A stretch of DNA of 64,000 nucleotides from Camelus dromedarius (lineage: Eukaryota), in contig NC_087447.1 in the NCBI RefSeq assembly GCF_036321535.1, forward strand, positions 49,478,001-49,542,000, in the 5' to 3' direction. The position numbers and the translations under genes are program-made. Shown here one piece after another: positions 23,977 through 37,108 of this stretch. The notes under the pieces are model-generated. The model saw nothing but the letters and a program-made list of their open reading frames with translations, had not been told where the DNA came from and made no database searches. Each line of letters opens with the position of its first letter. The first letter of the stretch is position 1.

Positions 23977-26900
23977 CTGGAGGGGCAGAGGGAAGGGAAG
24001 AAAGGGGTCAAGTGGGGCAGGGCTGGCCCCTCCAGCCACCTCCCCCCAGAATGTTCCTACTCTTCCTTCTTTGGAGCCCAACTGCCAGGCAGAGATTACT
24101 GCCCTCTTTACAAGGGTGAGGACCTGAGGCTCAGAGAGGGAAGGGACCTGTCCAACATCACCAAGCCTGAAGTCACAAAACAGTGGGGAGCTGGAGCAGG
24201 GTCAGACTCCACTCCAGAGCTGGGCCTTTTATGTTGCTGGAGGCCCTTCCAACGTGCACCAGTCTCCAGGAGCAAAGGCCACGTCTGCCTAAGCCTTTGC
24301 CTTGGGAGGGGGATCCGCACTCTGAGAGGTCACATTCCTCCCCTCCTCCCCTATGTCTGCAAAGCAGGTGTTCCTCCTCACCTCTGCCCTGGGCTACCGA
24401 TAAATACACTGGGGCCCAGAGAGGTGAAGCTACTTTCCCAAATCACACACCCAGTTAGAGGAGGATTGAAAAGCAGTGCCCAGCCTCTGGACTTGAAGAA
24501 GTGCGGTGTTGTGCCACCCTTGCTGGGCGCCAGGCCTCTGTCTCCTATGGGGGTGGGGGCAGGGGGATGGGAGTGCTGACCCCACCACTGCTGCTTCCCG
24601 AGGGGTCTGCAGGCATGTCCGGCTGAGCCGTTGGGTTTATCCCTGCTTTCATCCGTCCGCTTATCTCAGAAGTACAACAGGCTTGGAACATCCTGCTCTC
24701 TGGGAAATTGCTGAGATCATCAGAACAACAGCCCTCGAGGGGAAGTCAATGCAGCAGAGAACCAAGACCACCCCCCACCTAGAGGGGCTGGAGGAACCCA
24801 GCAGCCCTCACCTGGGCGTGGCCTAGGCCCCTTGCCGAGCTCCTTGCAGCTCTCCTGGCTTCTTTGATCCTTCCAGCACAGGACAGCCAGTTGGAGCTAC
24901 AGTTCTAAGCCCAGTTTAACCTCTTGATGGCTCCATCTAGAGAAAACAGCCCTTCTCTGGTCCACGGGGCAACCCCCCTCCTCCCCGAGGACCTCCCTAT
25001 CCCAGCAGGCAAATCCTATCTCCTCAGAGCTCCCATGACCACGGTACCCATGTTAGTCATGGCACAGACCCCACAGTTCTAGAACTGTCCTTCTATACCT
25101 TGGTCTCCCCTGTTCTACTCTAAGCACCTTAAGGATCTGTGCGGTCTTCATATTCCCAGGGTGGGTGGCAACTGAAGAAAGATTTGACAGTGAAATCACA
25201 GGTGAGAAAAGACCCTTTCTCTTACGCTGGCATGAGTATGCCCACCCAGGAGGGACTTCACTGGGGCTTACCACCAAAACTCATATAGAGGAGCCCTTGG
25301 TCTTTTGTGAACCCCAAGCCAGCGGCAGTGAGTGGCCATCTGTCTGCAGAGATCTCTCCACCTCAGCGGGGCAAGGCCGCTGGCCAGAAGACAAGGTTCT
25401 GAGAAGGGCCCAGGTGAGGGGTGAGCCTTGGCCTGTGATGGGTCTTGTCCCAGGCCAGCAGCATGGGGATCAGTAGGTGGTGGGGCCAGGGAAATTGCTG
25501 CAGGGACAGTGGCAGGTAGAGAACCTGCCACAGGTACCTGGGGGGATGTCATATGGTGATGTGTGATGCAGGACCCAGGGGCAATTCTGACAGGTGGCCA
25601 GGAAGACTGCAGGTGTCAGGAGGGCCCACAGGAGACAGGGGTCTGTGCATTAAGGGCTACTGTCCTCACTTGGCTTGATCCTGACAGTGGGGCAGGGAGG
25701 ACAAGGCAAGAATGAGGGGCTTCCCCCACCCCTGGGAAATAAAGAACTTGGAACCCCATTATCGGAACCAGGCATGAGCTGGGGTTGGGGGCCACCCAAG
25801 GATGAAAATCCTGGCAGCTGAAAGCCGGAAGTCCCGTGGCCACAGAGAGCCTGTAGATGGGGATGGAGATGGCAGGTCACTCTAAGAACAATCAGAGGGA
25901 AAAACTGAACGGCAGAGGCTGAAAGAAAGGGGAGAGAAGGCCAGGAACTGGGGGAGGAAGTGGCCTGGGGAGCAGCCTCACAGACAAAGAGGCTCCAAAG
26001 GGCACTAGTGGTCCTTGTCAGGGTGCATTACAGGAAAGAGGCCTGAGCCTGCTCCTCCCATCAACGGGCCAGCCTGGCCCTGCTCCAGAGATGCAGGCCA
26101 TGGGCAGGGATGCTGGAGCCACTGGCCCTCTGTCACCTCCCGCAGTCTGCACGATGCCTGGGTGTTTATCCCCATCCGACAGTAAATGAAGACACCAGGT
26201 CTCAGAGAAGGGCCCACCACACTCTGCTGAGCAAGTTGTGGACCCCAACACTAAGAAGTGCCACTCATGCTGTGGTTACCATCGATGCGCAGATTTGTCA
26301 TGACAGTTTTCCAACAGTCACTGGTCAAGAGCCCTGGGGAAGGGGCACCCCTTGCTAGTTTGCACAGAGACTCAGTATGGGTGAGCAGAGGTGAGGCAGA
26401 GGGTGAGCTACATACACAAGGTGACCAAGTAGGGGAGGAGTAGGATGGGGCTGAATGCAGGTGTCCATCCTCTGCAAGCCCCCTTGGGAGCCAGCCTTGC
26501 GCAGCTCTCCCCCAAACCCGCCCTTGCCCTCTGGGACCCAAGCGTGGTGATCCCAGGCCCAGCTCAGCGCCCTGGCATTCCTCTTTTCTCTCTCTGGGAC
26601 TCACTCCTCAGGCCAAGCCTCCTTCTCCTTCAGGAAGCCCTCCCATCCCTCTAGCCTCTAAGCCCTCCCTTCCCTGACTGCTTCTGCACAGCCTCTTGGT
26701 ACCCACCAACAACCCTCAGGCACATTGTGAAGTGTGGAGGCAGAAAGAGCCTAGGCTCGAGACGTAGACAGACCCAGGTCACCTGGGTGAGTTACTTCAC
26801 CCCTCTGAGCCTCAGATTCCTCACCTGTAAAATGGGAATAATAACCCCTACCTCGGAGGTCTGATGTTAAAAGAGGTGATGCCTGTCATATGGCACACTG

Positions 26901-29789
26901 TAGGTGCATAATGAGGGACAGCTCTCAGGGCTGTGGACTCCTTCAGGGCAGGGATGGCTGGGCCCATATCCTCGGAGGTGGTACTGAGACATGGTGGGAG
27001 GAACAGAAAGTGTGCATGTGATGGGGGGAGATGTGGGGAGACCTCAGGCCACCAGTGGACAAGGATGTCATCCAACCCCAGACTTATCCTCAGGCTGAGC
27101 TTGGAGCCCGAGGGAAGGAGCTCCCATTGTGACACCCCAGCCCCTTTCTATCAGAGCCTAACAGTCACTGGGAGCGGGAAGAAGGTCAGGCGGTTCTTGG
27201 GCTGACAAGTTGCAGCAGGGACAAAGGAGTGGCTTAGAGCAGCTGGGGAAGGGGATGGCCCCTGGCCATGGATGGATTAGGCTGCTCCATCCCTGCTCCA
27301 GTAGTGGCTGTGACAGAGAATCCCAGAGGCCCCAGCTCCTTCCCATCTCCTCCTATTCTTGCCCCCACCCTCCAGGAAGATGAGACCCTCCATCCCCTGC
27401 TGGGCAACAGTGTGCTAATTTCTCCTGCTCACTGTCTCCTGATTGTCCTTCCTTCTCCTCACCCCTCTTATCTCTGTCCCACCCAGACCAGAGCCTTCTG
27501 CATTCAAAGAACATGCATGCAGAAAGACAGCTTCTGAGCAGCTGGGGCTCCTAGGGTCACAGAGCCCTGCAGCCGCAAACCCCAGCCCTCCGCACAAGAG
27601 GCAGGCGTGGGCCCTGCTGCTGCCGTATGCTGCCCGCTACGGGCGCCTGCCCGCCCCAGACCCCGTCCCTGGGCCAGGGCACAGACACTGCTCGCATAGC
27701 CAGGGCCCCCAAAGGCTCTGGAGCACCCCAACCCTGGGTCCCCAAAATAGAACCTGGAGCCTGAAATCTGCATTGGGACAACATCTGAGCAGGAGCCGCC
27801 TCCCTGGCCTTGGCACCACCGCAGACTTCAGATTCACTGTTGGAGCCAGAGCTGTCTTGTTGGACTCCTGTTCCCTATCTGTCCCCCTTGGGGCAGAGAG
27901 TGCCTCTGTGGCCTCCAGGGCAGCAGTTCGTCCTGCTTCTGCTCCAGCAGCTCCAGGGATGGGCATTCTCCCTCTGGATGCTGCCCACTCCTCCACTGGA
28001 CTGAAAGGTCTTCCTTCTGAGACAGTGGCCGGAGAGGGGCTGGCTGCATCTGGGAGTCCAGTAACACTGGTTGTGAATCCCAGACAGGCCTCCTACTAAA
28101 TGGGTGACCTCGGAGAAGGCATCGTTTCATCCTTCCTGAACATCAGCTTACTGCTCTGTAAAATGGGGACAGCAGCGTTGGACAGCAGTGTCTGGTGACA
28201 GCAGGGTGGCAGGAGTTGTTTTCCTTGTCTCCATCCCTCCCTGAGGTGCAGCTGAAATCTGCCTCCTCAGCTGCTGACCTGCAGCTGCTTCTCTGATACT
28301 ACACAAAACAAGTGCAGCAGGAGGGCAAGAATACTGGGGTCCAACGACCAGGACGTGGAGGAATATAATCAAGAGGTGGATTTTAATTCCCTGCCATTCT
28401 CCCACTGGCTGTGTGGCTGTGGGCCAATCACTCAGGATCTCAAGCCTCAGCTTCCTCCTCTGTTTGTGGGGATGACATCACCTCCACCTCACGGGAGGGC
28501 TGCCAGGCGCGAATGCGATTACAGATGTAAGCTGTAAGTCGCCAAATCCATGATCATGCCTATAATTATCATTCCGTGTCTGACAGCCCTTTAATTATGT
28601 GAAGACAGTGATCAAGTCTTCCCCACCCCCTGCTCTACACCAAATTTCTATGGCTGTTGAGGACAGCTAAGCAGATCACCCACTCCCAGTCCAGGGTCGG
28701 TACCATGGTCAGGGGATGCAGAGGTCAGGCTCAGTTCTGCAGGCTGCAGTCCTAGGAGCCAGCATGAAGGAAGATGAAGAAGACCCCAGCACAGCAGCTG
28801 CCCCACCCCGGCTCACAGCCCCGCTTCCCGGGCTACAGACAGAGCCTCCATGAGCACCTCAGAGTCAGGGCTGGGGCACTCCTAAGAGCCCTCTGCTTAC
28901 TCCATCTCATCTCATCGTCTCCACAGCTCTGCAAATCAGGTGGAATAGTTGGAGGAAAACAGGGCTCAGAGAGGGTAAGTGACTTGCTCAAGGTCACAAA
29001 GGGCAAATGTAATGATGGAACCAGAATTCACACCCAGGTCTGAGTGCCTCCAGCTTCCTCAACTGTCCAAAGCAACAAAAGCAGGACATGTAATTATCCT
29101 TGTCTGACCAAGGAGGAAATTGGCTCAGAGGGGCCAGGCCTTGCCCAAGGTCACACAGCAAGTCACAGAGAGTGCCAGGGCAGGAAGCCTGGAATTAGAG
29201 TTAGAAAAAATTTCCGAGATCATCTTGCCTCATCCTCTAAAGGTCCAATTAGGAAATGGAGAAACTGAGACCCCAAAACAGGGAATGTCCTCGAAGAATG
29301 CACACAAGATTAACACCAGGTAAATTAGTACAGAAAGGATGGAGAATTCAACAGATGGCGTTGGGACATCTGGACATCCATTCGATAAAAAAGAAAATGA
29401 GACCCCTACCTCACACCCCACTCCAACTAAATTCCAGCATCTCCCCTCCACATCCTCACCACCAGTCTCTTCCAGTCATTGTATACACAGGTGCTAAGCC
29501 CCGGACACCGGGCGCTAGATGAGGCCTGGAGACTACTCCGAGCAACCTACACAGACCAGCTAGCACGCAACTCCACTCCTAGAAATGACTGCGGTGACTG
29601 GGGCTCGCAAGGGCTGCTTAGGATCACACTGCTAGTTATGGGAGGAGGGATGGTCTGGAAGGCTTCCTGGAGGAGGCAATGCCTGCAAAAAAGCTGAAAG
29701 GAATGGGCTTGCTGGGATGAGGTAAGGGCAGAGTGAGGACGTGGATGATGCAGAGGTGCAGAGCCTGGCAGCGTTTGGGGCAACTGGCT

Positions 29790-30425
29790 TCTTTTCATAT
29801 GGGCTTATAAAAGCTTTCTCTATGTAAGAGAATTAACTTTCACATAGATGTCTATTTTTTCCTATTTTATCAGTTGATTTTGTTTCTCATGCTTTTCATA
29901 TAAAAATTTAAATTTTTATGCAGTCAAATCTACACTCTTCTTTTCCTTTACAGGTTTTTGCCTTTGGTATCATGTTTAAGGAAGGTGGCCCAAGATTATA
30001 TATTTAATTCATATTTTACATTGGTAATTTCTCACTGTTTACATTTAAATCTGTAATCCACCCATCTATCTATAGCTCCCTATGTGTGTATATGTGTATG
30101 GAGAGAGGTTTGAAAGCCTTTCCTCTAAAGCATTGAGATTAGAATTTCCTTTCCTTTACATCTTCCTGAGTTGTTTGAATTTCCTCAACAAATGTGTACT
30201 CCCTAAATAGAAAAAAAGGGATCTTATGGAAAAAAAAATACATTTTAATACATCTGGAATTTCTTTTGGTTTGAGGTAAGAGGCAGGGATCTAATTTTAC
30301 TTTCACCAAACGGATACTTCAGCTGTCCCTGTACGGTTTGTGATATTTGCAATAATTTCCACGATCATTTGCTATGCAGTACATTCTCAGATGTGTGTGG
30401 ATTGCTTCCAGGTTTTCTAGCTTGT
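29790..30425 (-). mobile_element. Degenerate L1 fragment
   Basis: T-rich; motifs ttttatgcagtcaaatct and catctggaatttctttt...aggcagggatctaatttt typical of antisense L1 ORF2. Confidence 0.65.
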
Positions 30426-32140
30426 CCCAAGGCAGCCCTTTCCCCGTGTACTGGCTCTGCCTGGCACTGCTCCCTCCCCATGTCTGAGCTCTGCTCCCTG
30501 TGCCACTCCTGTGGTCCCAGCTCTGCTTTGAGGCCTCAGAGTCCAACTGCGCCCTCAGCACCACACAGTCTTGCAGCAACTGGAGGGCCATTGAGGGGTG
30601 CCGACCCACCCAGTCTGCCCACCTGCAGGCTGGACCTTGGGCATGCCAGCTCGTCCAGTCATCAGTCTAATTAACCCTCGCCAACTTCCAAATGGGGGTG
30701 CTAATGAATATCAGCTGGGAAGGGTGTGGGGCGCTTGCAGGAGAGAGATGGGCAGCCCTGGCCAGGATTACTCTGGCCCTGACCCAGGAGATTTGGGGGA
30801 GGGTGCAGCCTAGGGAGGTTTGAGATGTATTGCAGCATTAGGGCCGTAAAGGGAACAGGATTAAAATCCCCACCCCCAGCCAGCTCCTGACAGCCTAAGA
30901 GGCTGGATTTATTTTTCTGGGCTACACAGAGCTGGGCAATTAGGCCTCTGTCTGCCCTTGCATCTGCTGGGGTGCACTCAGAGTGGCTCATTAGACAGGA
31001 AAATGAAACCGGGCTCAGCCTGGAGTGGGCCGTCTCTCCCCACCCATCCTGTGGTTGCATCAGCCCGTGGGGAGACATGAGCAGAAGAGCTGGGGGCCCT
31101 TAGAAAGGATTATCCCAGCGCCCCACAGAGGGCTGTGCCAAGGCCACAGGGTGGTGACTGTCCACAGCCTCCTGCTGATGCCCATCATCTCCTGCCCCAT
31201 CCACGCTTCCTAAGCAGAAACTTAAGGTTGTCACGGAGTCATGAACAAGAGCGTATCCGTTTCCCCGGAGTGTGGCGTGACTATACCAGGCACCCTCTGT
31301 GCCATTCAGAGAGAAGCTAGGTGGAGTCCGGGGGTTCCCGAAGGCCAGAGGCGGCTTGGCCTTATTGCAGCAATTAATCCTCAGCTCCCTGCACTGCAAC
31401 AGCCAGGCCTCTGCCAGCCTTTTCTCTCTCTCATGGATGCAGTAATATCGTCTCCCATTTTCTTATCCTCATAGCAACCCTGCCAGGTTTCCAGGATTAA
31501 ATGGGTCTTATCATCTCCATTTAGAAGGGGGAAACTGAAGCTCAGAGGGCCCCTCTCTGACCTGCTGGGTCCCTTTTCCCCAAAGCACCAGAGAAGGGAA
31601 CAGCCATCCCTTTGAACGTCTGTATGGAGGACACATTTTCCCCAGGTTGGAACAAGGGTCTGTCTTGTTTGGGACATAAGACACGATGGTATCTGTTATC
31701 TAACTGGACACATGGGGTGTGGGTTTGTACCTCCACTTGACCCACAAGCAAGCTGAGGCCCAGAGAGGATCTGGCCTTGCCTAAAGTCACACACTAAGTC
31801 ACTGGAGGAGGCAGGGTACAGTTCAGGTCATAGTTCCCTCAGCCAGAAATGCCCAGGTGATTCTGGCGGACTCCAATCACACCCTGGAGCCCATCCCAAA
31901 GGCTGCTTCCTCCAGGGAGTCCACCTTGATTCCCCAGTGAGATCCATTCTTCCTTGCCCCTGTTACAGGTCCACATGGTGTTGGTAGGAAAGGAAGGTGG
32001 GGAGCCAGTTAGGAAACTCACCCCCTCTTCCTGCCCATTGGCAGAGCCTGAACCCAGCTCCAAGGGTGGCCTGGGAGGTCCCTTGGCTGAGTCAGCACCC
32101 CTCCCTCCAGCTATAGCCAGGGGCACTGGAATGCAGTAAG

Positions 32141-32598
32141 CAACTCAATAACCAAAAACCCAATCAAAAAACAGGCAGAACACCTAGAGATTTCTCTAAA
32201 GGAGACAAATGGATGGCCAATAGGTACATGAAAAGATAGATGCTCAACATCGCTAATTAGAGAAATGCAAGTCAAAACTATAGTGAGGTATTACCTCACA
32301 CTGGTCAGAATGGCCATCATTAAAAAGTCCACAAACAATAAACGCTGGAGAGTGTGTGGAGAAAAGGGAACCCTCCTACACTGTTGGTAGGAATGTAATT
32401 TGGTGCGGCCACTATGGAAAACAGTATGGAGATTCCTTTAAAAGCTAAACATAGACTTACCATACGGTCCAGCAGTTCCACTCCTGGACATGTAACCAGG
32501 GAAAACTCTAATTCAAAAAGACACACGTACCCCAATGTTCATAGAAGCACTATTTACAACAGCCAAGCCATGGAAGCAACCTAAAAGTCCATCCACAG
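32141..32598 (+). mobile_element. Relatively young L1 fragment (ORF2 C-terminal region)
   Basis: Well-preserved gaaatgcaagtcaaaacta, ggtcagaatggccatcattaaaaagtc, gagaaaagggaaccctcctacactgttggt, gccactatggaaaacagtatgg. Confidence 0.9.
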
Positions 32599-32676
32599 CG
32601 GGGGTGGGGGGTGGGGGTGGGGTTGTGTGTGGATGTGTGTGGGTTTGGGTGGTTGGGGGGGTGTGTGTGTGTGTGT
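32599..32676. repeat. G-rich / (GT)n low-complexity tract
   Basis: Runs of 4-7 G followed by GT dinucleotide repeats. Confidence 0.85.
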
Positions 32677-35600
32677 AGCAAAGGGTGAAGGCATGTTGAT
32701 GGATTTCCTCACTGCAGGTGTCTTCCTGCCATGGTGGGAGGGGCTCCCATTGAAAGAGGTAGGCAGCTGGGGGAGATAATCTTTTCTGTGTTCCCCCCAG
32801 CTCTACCACGCTATTCCTGGCCTCTGCTGAGACCGGGCCCACTCTGGGCAGAGCAAGGTTTCCCACCTCCAGGAACGGCCTCAGTCAGGTGGGAATCATA
32901 GGATGACAGGAGCATCATCAAGATTCGACTGCACCTTCTAGATGCTTCTGCACCTAGACTCCCTCCCTTTGTTATATCTATGCAGACCCCTTCCCCTTGT
33001 TGAGAACTCAGCCTTTCTCATCTGGCTCCCCGCCCTCCCCACCTCCACTCAAGGCCCCTCAGCTCATTCTCCATGATTGAGCCAGAGGGGTCCCCACACA
33101 GCCCAAGTCCGCCTGTGCTCCCACCGCCCAGGATGGACAGCAGGCTCCCTAGCACAGCCTCTGGCTCAGCCCCCTGGGCCGCACTCTCCCCCTCTCCTCA
33201 CCCTGGCCCCCCAAGGCTGAATTGCTTTCAGTTTCCAAACGCAGGACACTTGTAACACGCAGCTCCCCTGCCTTGAATACTTTCCCACTTGGCATGACAT
33301 GACCAGCTAACTCTCTGACAAGCTTTCCTGCCTGGGGTGTCCCTGGGCCTTGGCAGTGATCAACCTGGGTGGTCTGGATGTCAGTTCCTGTCTGCTCTGC
33401 ACCCTCCTGGGAGCCCTTCAAGGGAAGGAGAAACCAGGTTTGATATACCTGAGACCCCCAGACCCAGGGCAGGTATCAGGACAGGTTTGTTGACTGAATA
33501 AATGACCAGTACTGCCCAGACAAGACTGTTGTTGTGGGTCAGGGGACAGGGCATAGGACTGGGGGTGCAGTCAGGGGCAATGCATGCTGTGCCTTCTGCA
33601 CCTTAGCTTGAATAGATCACTTCCTCTTCCTGGAGCCCCATCCATAAGAAGAAGGGGATCACAACAAGCTTAAAATACCCTTTGAAAGGCAAACATACTA
33701 CAGAAGTACAAGAGACTTGACTATCACGGTCTGTCTCCTGCAGTGTCTCGGGCTGGAAGTTCCTCTAGGCATCTGACCTGTATCCCCCTTGCTGCAGCGA
33801 AGCTGGTTTTGACACTGTGCTGCCTCCCACAGATGCACAGTCTTCAGGGGACCCTGTGGGGATGGCCTGAGAACTGTCTTCTGTCCTGCCCCATCCTTAA
33901 TTGGCAGTAGTAGAGTAATGAGTCACAGACAACAACCAATTAATTATCCCTAGTTATAAAAAGCTTTTGCTTCCCCTTCTTAGCTGTCAAGAGAGCCAGC
34001 CTCCTGCTGCCAGGCTCCTCCACTCCCTTCGTGCTGGGGGACAGGAGAAGAGGTCATTTCACCTCTTCCCAGTCCTCAGTTTCCTGTTTCCTTATTTGTC
34101 AAGTGTGTGTCCTGGGGGGAGGGGACAGGAAGGAAGGAGGCCAGTCTGGGGAGAGGAGGGGGCTCCTTCCCAAACTCCCTGCCCTGCCTCTGCCCTCCCC
34201 AGGAGCCACTCCAGGACCACAGGGCCAGATCTTCACCAGGGAAGCACTGAGGGTGCCTAGTCTGGCACTCAAGCCACTCACTCCCTATCTTGTCCCAAAT
34301 GCTCCTGGCCCATTGCTCTCTCTTTGCATCAGGTAACTTCCCAAGTCCTCCTCCCTGCCCTTCCTTTCTTCTCCTTGAAACACACCCAGACTCAAAATGC
34401 ACCTGCCTTCCCTCCAGCCTCTATCTTCCTAAGGCTCTTGCTGCAAATCTCTCAAGAACTCCAGGTATGACATGGCTTGGAGCCTTGATTTCTCCATCCA
34501 TAAACAGCATGCCCCACAGGGGTATTAAAACAATAAACTTGGCAATGTTAGGCTCCCTGTAAACAATGGGTGCTCCAGAGGTGCTCAACAAGAGACTCTC
34601 CAAAGAGGTCCTGAGGAAAGGCAATGCCTAAGAGGGGGCGGTTCACAAGGAGGAGGGGAATATGGGGATGACGCCTCTCCACCTGCCAGGCCCGAGGGGC
34701 TCTCCTTTCACTTCCCAGCCTGTGCTCCCAGAGCTCACTCTGGGCCTCTATTTGTTCAGCAAAATTCACGGAGAAGCTTCTCTGCACTGACCCTGACTTT
34801 GAGACCCCAGACTGCTGTTCCCTTCACTGTGTCAGGCCAGAAGCCCAGCCCCCCATCCCTGTCCTGGCCCAGCTGTCTGGGGAGGGACTGGGGAAAGAAA
34901 AGAGAGGAGAGAGATGGGGAGAGAAGGGGGGCAGGCTGAGGCTGGAACCCAGGAAGTAGGAAGGAAGCGGGAGGAAGGGGGAGGAGACACCTCCTCAGCT
35001 GGGAGGCTGGGGTTGCCTGAGGTAAGCTCAGCCCTTTCTGCAGAGGCCCCACCACTCGGAGGTGCTGCAAACCCTCTCCCCTCTCCCAGCCAAGCTGCCT
35101 TGTGGCTCACAGCCTCCTGCCATCACCCCGTACCTGGCACCCTGGGCCTTGGCATTTGCAGAGCCTGCACCAGCGCAAAACCGGCCTCAGCCTACCACTT
35201 CCTCCACCCTGGGCCTGGCGCTGGCCACAGCCAAGACCTGTCACTTCCTGACTCCACAGCCTATGACTGGCTGGCCCTGGGCCCACCATGAGGTGTGAGG
35301 TGCCTGGGAGATCCACCTTCCTCCAGTGTCTACTTCGACAGCCAAGGGCTGTCTGCTGGGATCTCAGCCAGCCTTCTCCTCCCTTCCTCAGGCTCAGCTT
35401 CTCCCCTTCCCCCTTCCCAACTTCCCCAAGAGCTTTGGGCCCACACCACACAGTGCCAGATCTCAGCTCTGCCCCTCACCGGCTGTGTGACCTCGGCCTG
35501 GTTACAGACGTCCCTGGCTTCTGTTACCCATGTGAAGTGGTGGCAATGACAACTAGCTCACCTCAGCACCCGGCACACAGACACCCGGGTGCCAGCTGCC

Positions 35601-36991
35601 TGCGAGCTCCGGCCTTCCTGACACACGGAGGCCCTGCTGCCTCCCTTCCACCATCTCAGGGGAGAATGGAGCTCAGAGTAAAGCAGAGGGACTAAGGAAT
35701 TCTGAAGTCTTAACCCAACCTCGCTTCTACCTCAGATGTGAAGAGGCCGAGGCGTGGCAGTCAGGAATGACTTGTCTAAGGCTAGCCACAGCCAGCACTG
35801 TGCCGGTCACTTCATGTTGTGCCGCACGCCATCCACCCAGCAGCTCCTTGAGAGTGGTGGGTGTTGTTTAACACTAGGTGAGAAGGCTCAAAGTCAAGTC
35901 AGTACAACTTGAACTTGAGGCTGCCTGACTCCTGATCTGATGGCCTGCACCACTGTTGAGGAGATTCTAGGTCCACATTAGAGGGCAAGGCTGTCCTGGG
36001 CGGGGGCCTGCTCTGTAGGCCTGGGCAGGCCCCTTCCTCTCCCTGCCTCCTCTGTGCTACACTGGAGACATGGTAACAAATCAGGCCAGGTGCCCACCAG
36101 GTGGTACGTGCTTCTCACCTTTGGGGGTCATGACCCCAGGCTCCTGACTCAGCCTAGCGCTGTCTCTCCCCGCAGAGGCAGAGGAGTGCAGACAGGCAGA
36201 CAAGCTTCCCCAACCTCCCCATCTAGACAGCCCGGCGATGCTTGGCCTCTGACCTTAGCCGCCACCCCGCCCTTGGCCACTCTGGCCTGTTTGGGGGCTG
36301 GCTGAATTTGGAGGCTGGCTTCTTTGTTCAGACAAGCCAGAGGGAGGAGAAAAGTTGTTTTCCAGACAGCAAAGCTTTTAGATAAACACCATTTATCTCT
36401 CTCTCCATTCCCTCCTGAAGGAATTGGGTTCCTTCAGAGAAGAAACTAGATCCACTGGCTGATGGCGCCCCAGGGACGGAAGTGCGGCTGGGGGTCTGGC
36501 CTGAGAAGCCGGACACTAAAGGAGGCTTTCTTTATCTGGCTGAGCACCTGCTGCCAGCCCTGGCAGGCTAGCAGCTCAGGTGACTGGGCCCTGGTGCCAG
36601 GCGATGACACTGCCAGCTCCCAGGCTCCAGGATGGCCTGACCTACCTCCTCACCCTCCCCTCTGGCCTCCTGCCTGGTCCGGATCTGCCAGGAAGCTGAG
36701 AACTTCTGCTCACCATGGGGAGAGCCCTCCCTGCCGAGAGCAGCCCAGCCCCTACACCGTCAGAGAAGAGTTAACAACTAGCTACACCCATGACAGGCTG
36801 GCCTACTTCCTTGCCCACCAAGTCAGGTAGATTCGGAAATTACCACAGGCCCATTTTACAGAGGGAGAAGCTGAAACCCAGAAGGGGCGGTGGCCTGTCC
36901 GGAGCCACACAGCAGAGTGACAGAGCTGAGACCCTTCCCCCCAGACCCTGGGGCTCCCTGGGTCCTTTGTCCCCATCCCAGCACAGCTCAC

Positions 36992-37108
36992 CGGTGTGGT
37001 GTCATCGTGAGAGCGCTGGTAGCGCTTCCAGCGGCAGCCGTAGATGCCCGTGAGGCAGGAGAGGCACAGCTGTGGCTCGTAGTACTGCAGGGGCTGGTGT
37101 CTCACCAT
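36992..37108 (-). CDS. GDPD5: GDPD5 coding exon 1 (MVRHQPLQYYEPQLCLSCLTGIYGCRWKRYQRSHDDTTP); the exon also carries a 60-nt 5'UTR portion up to 37168
   Basis: Matches the recalled N-terminus of mammalian GDPD5/GDE2. ATG is in a strong Kozak context (gAgcATGG). 117 nt = 39 codons; donor CCG|GTGAG; acceptor cttcctcctgcag| at 37169-37170. Confidence 0.97.
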
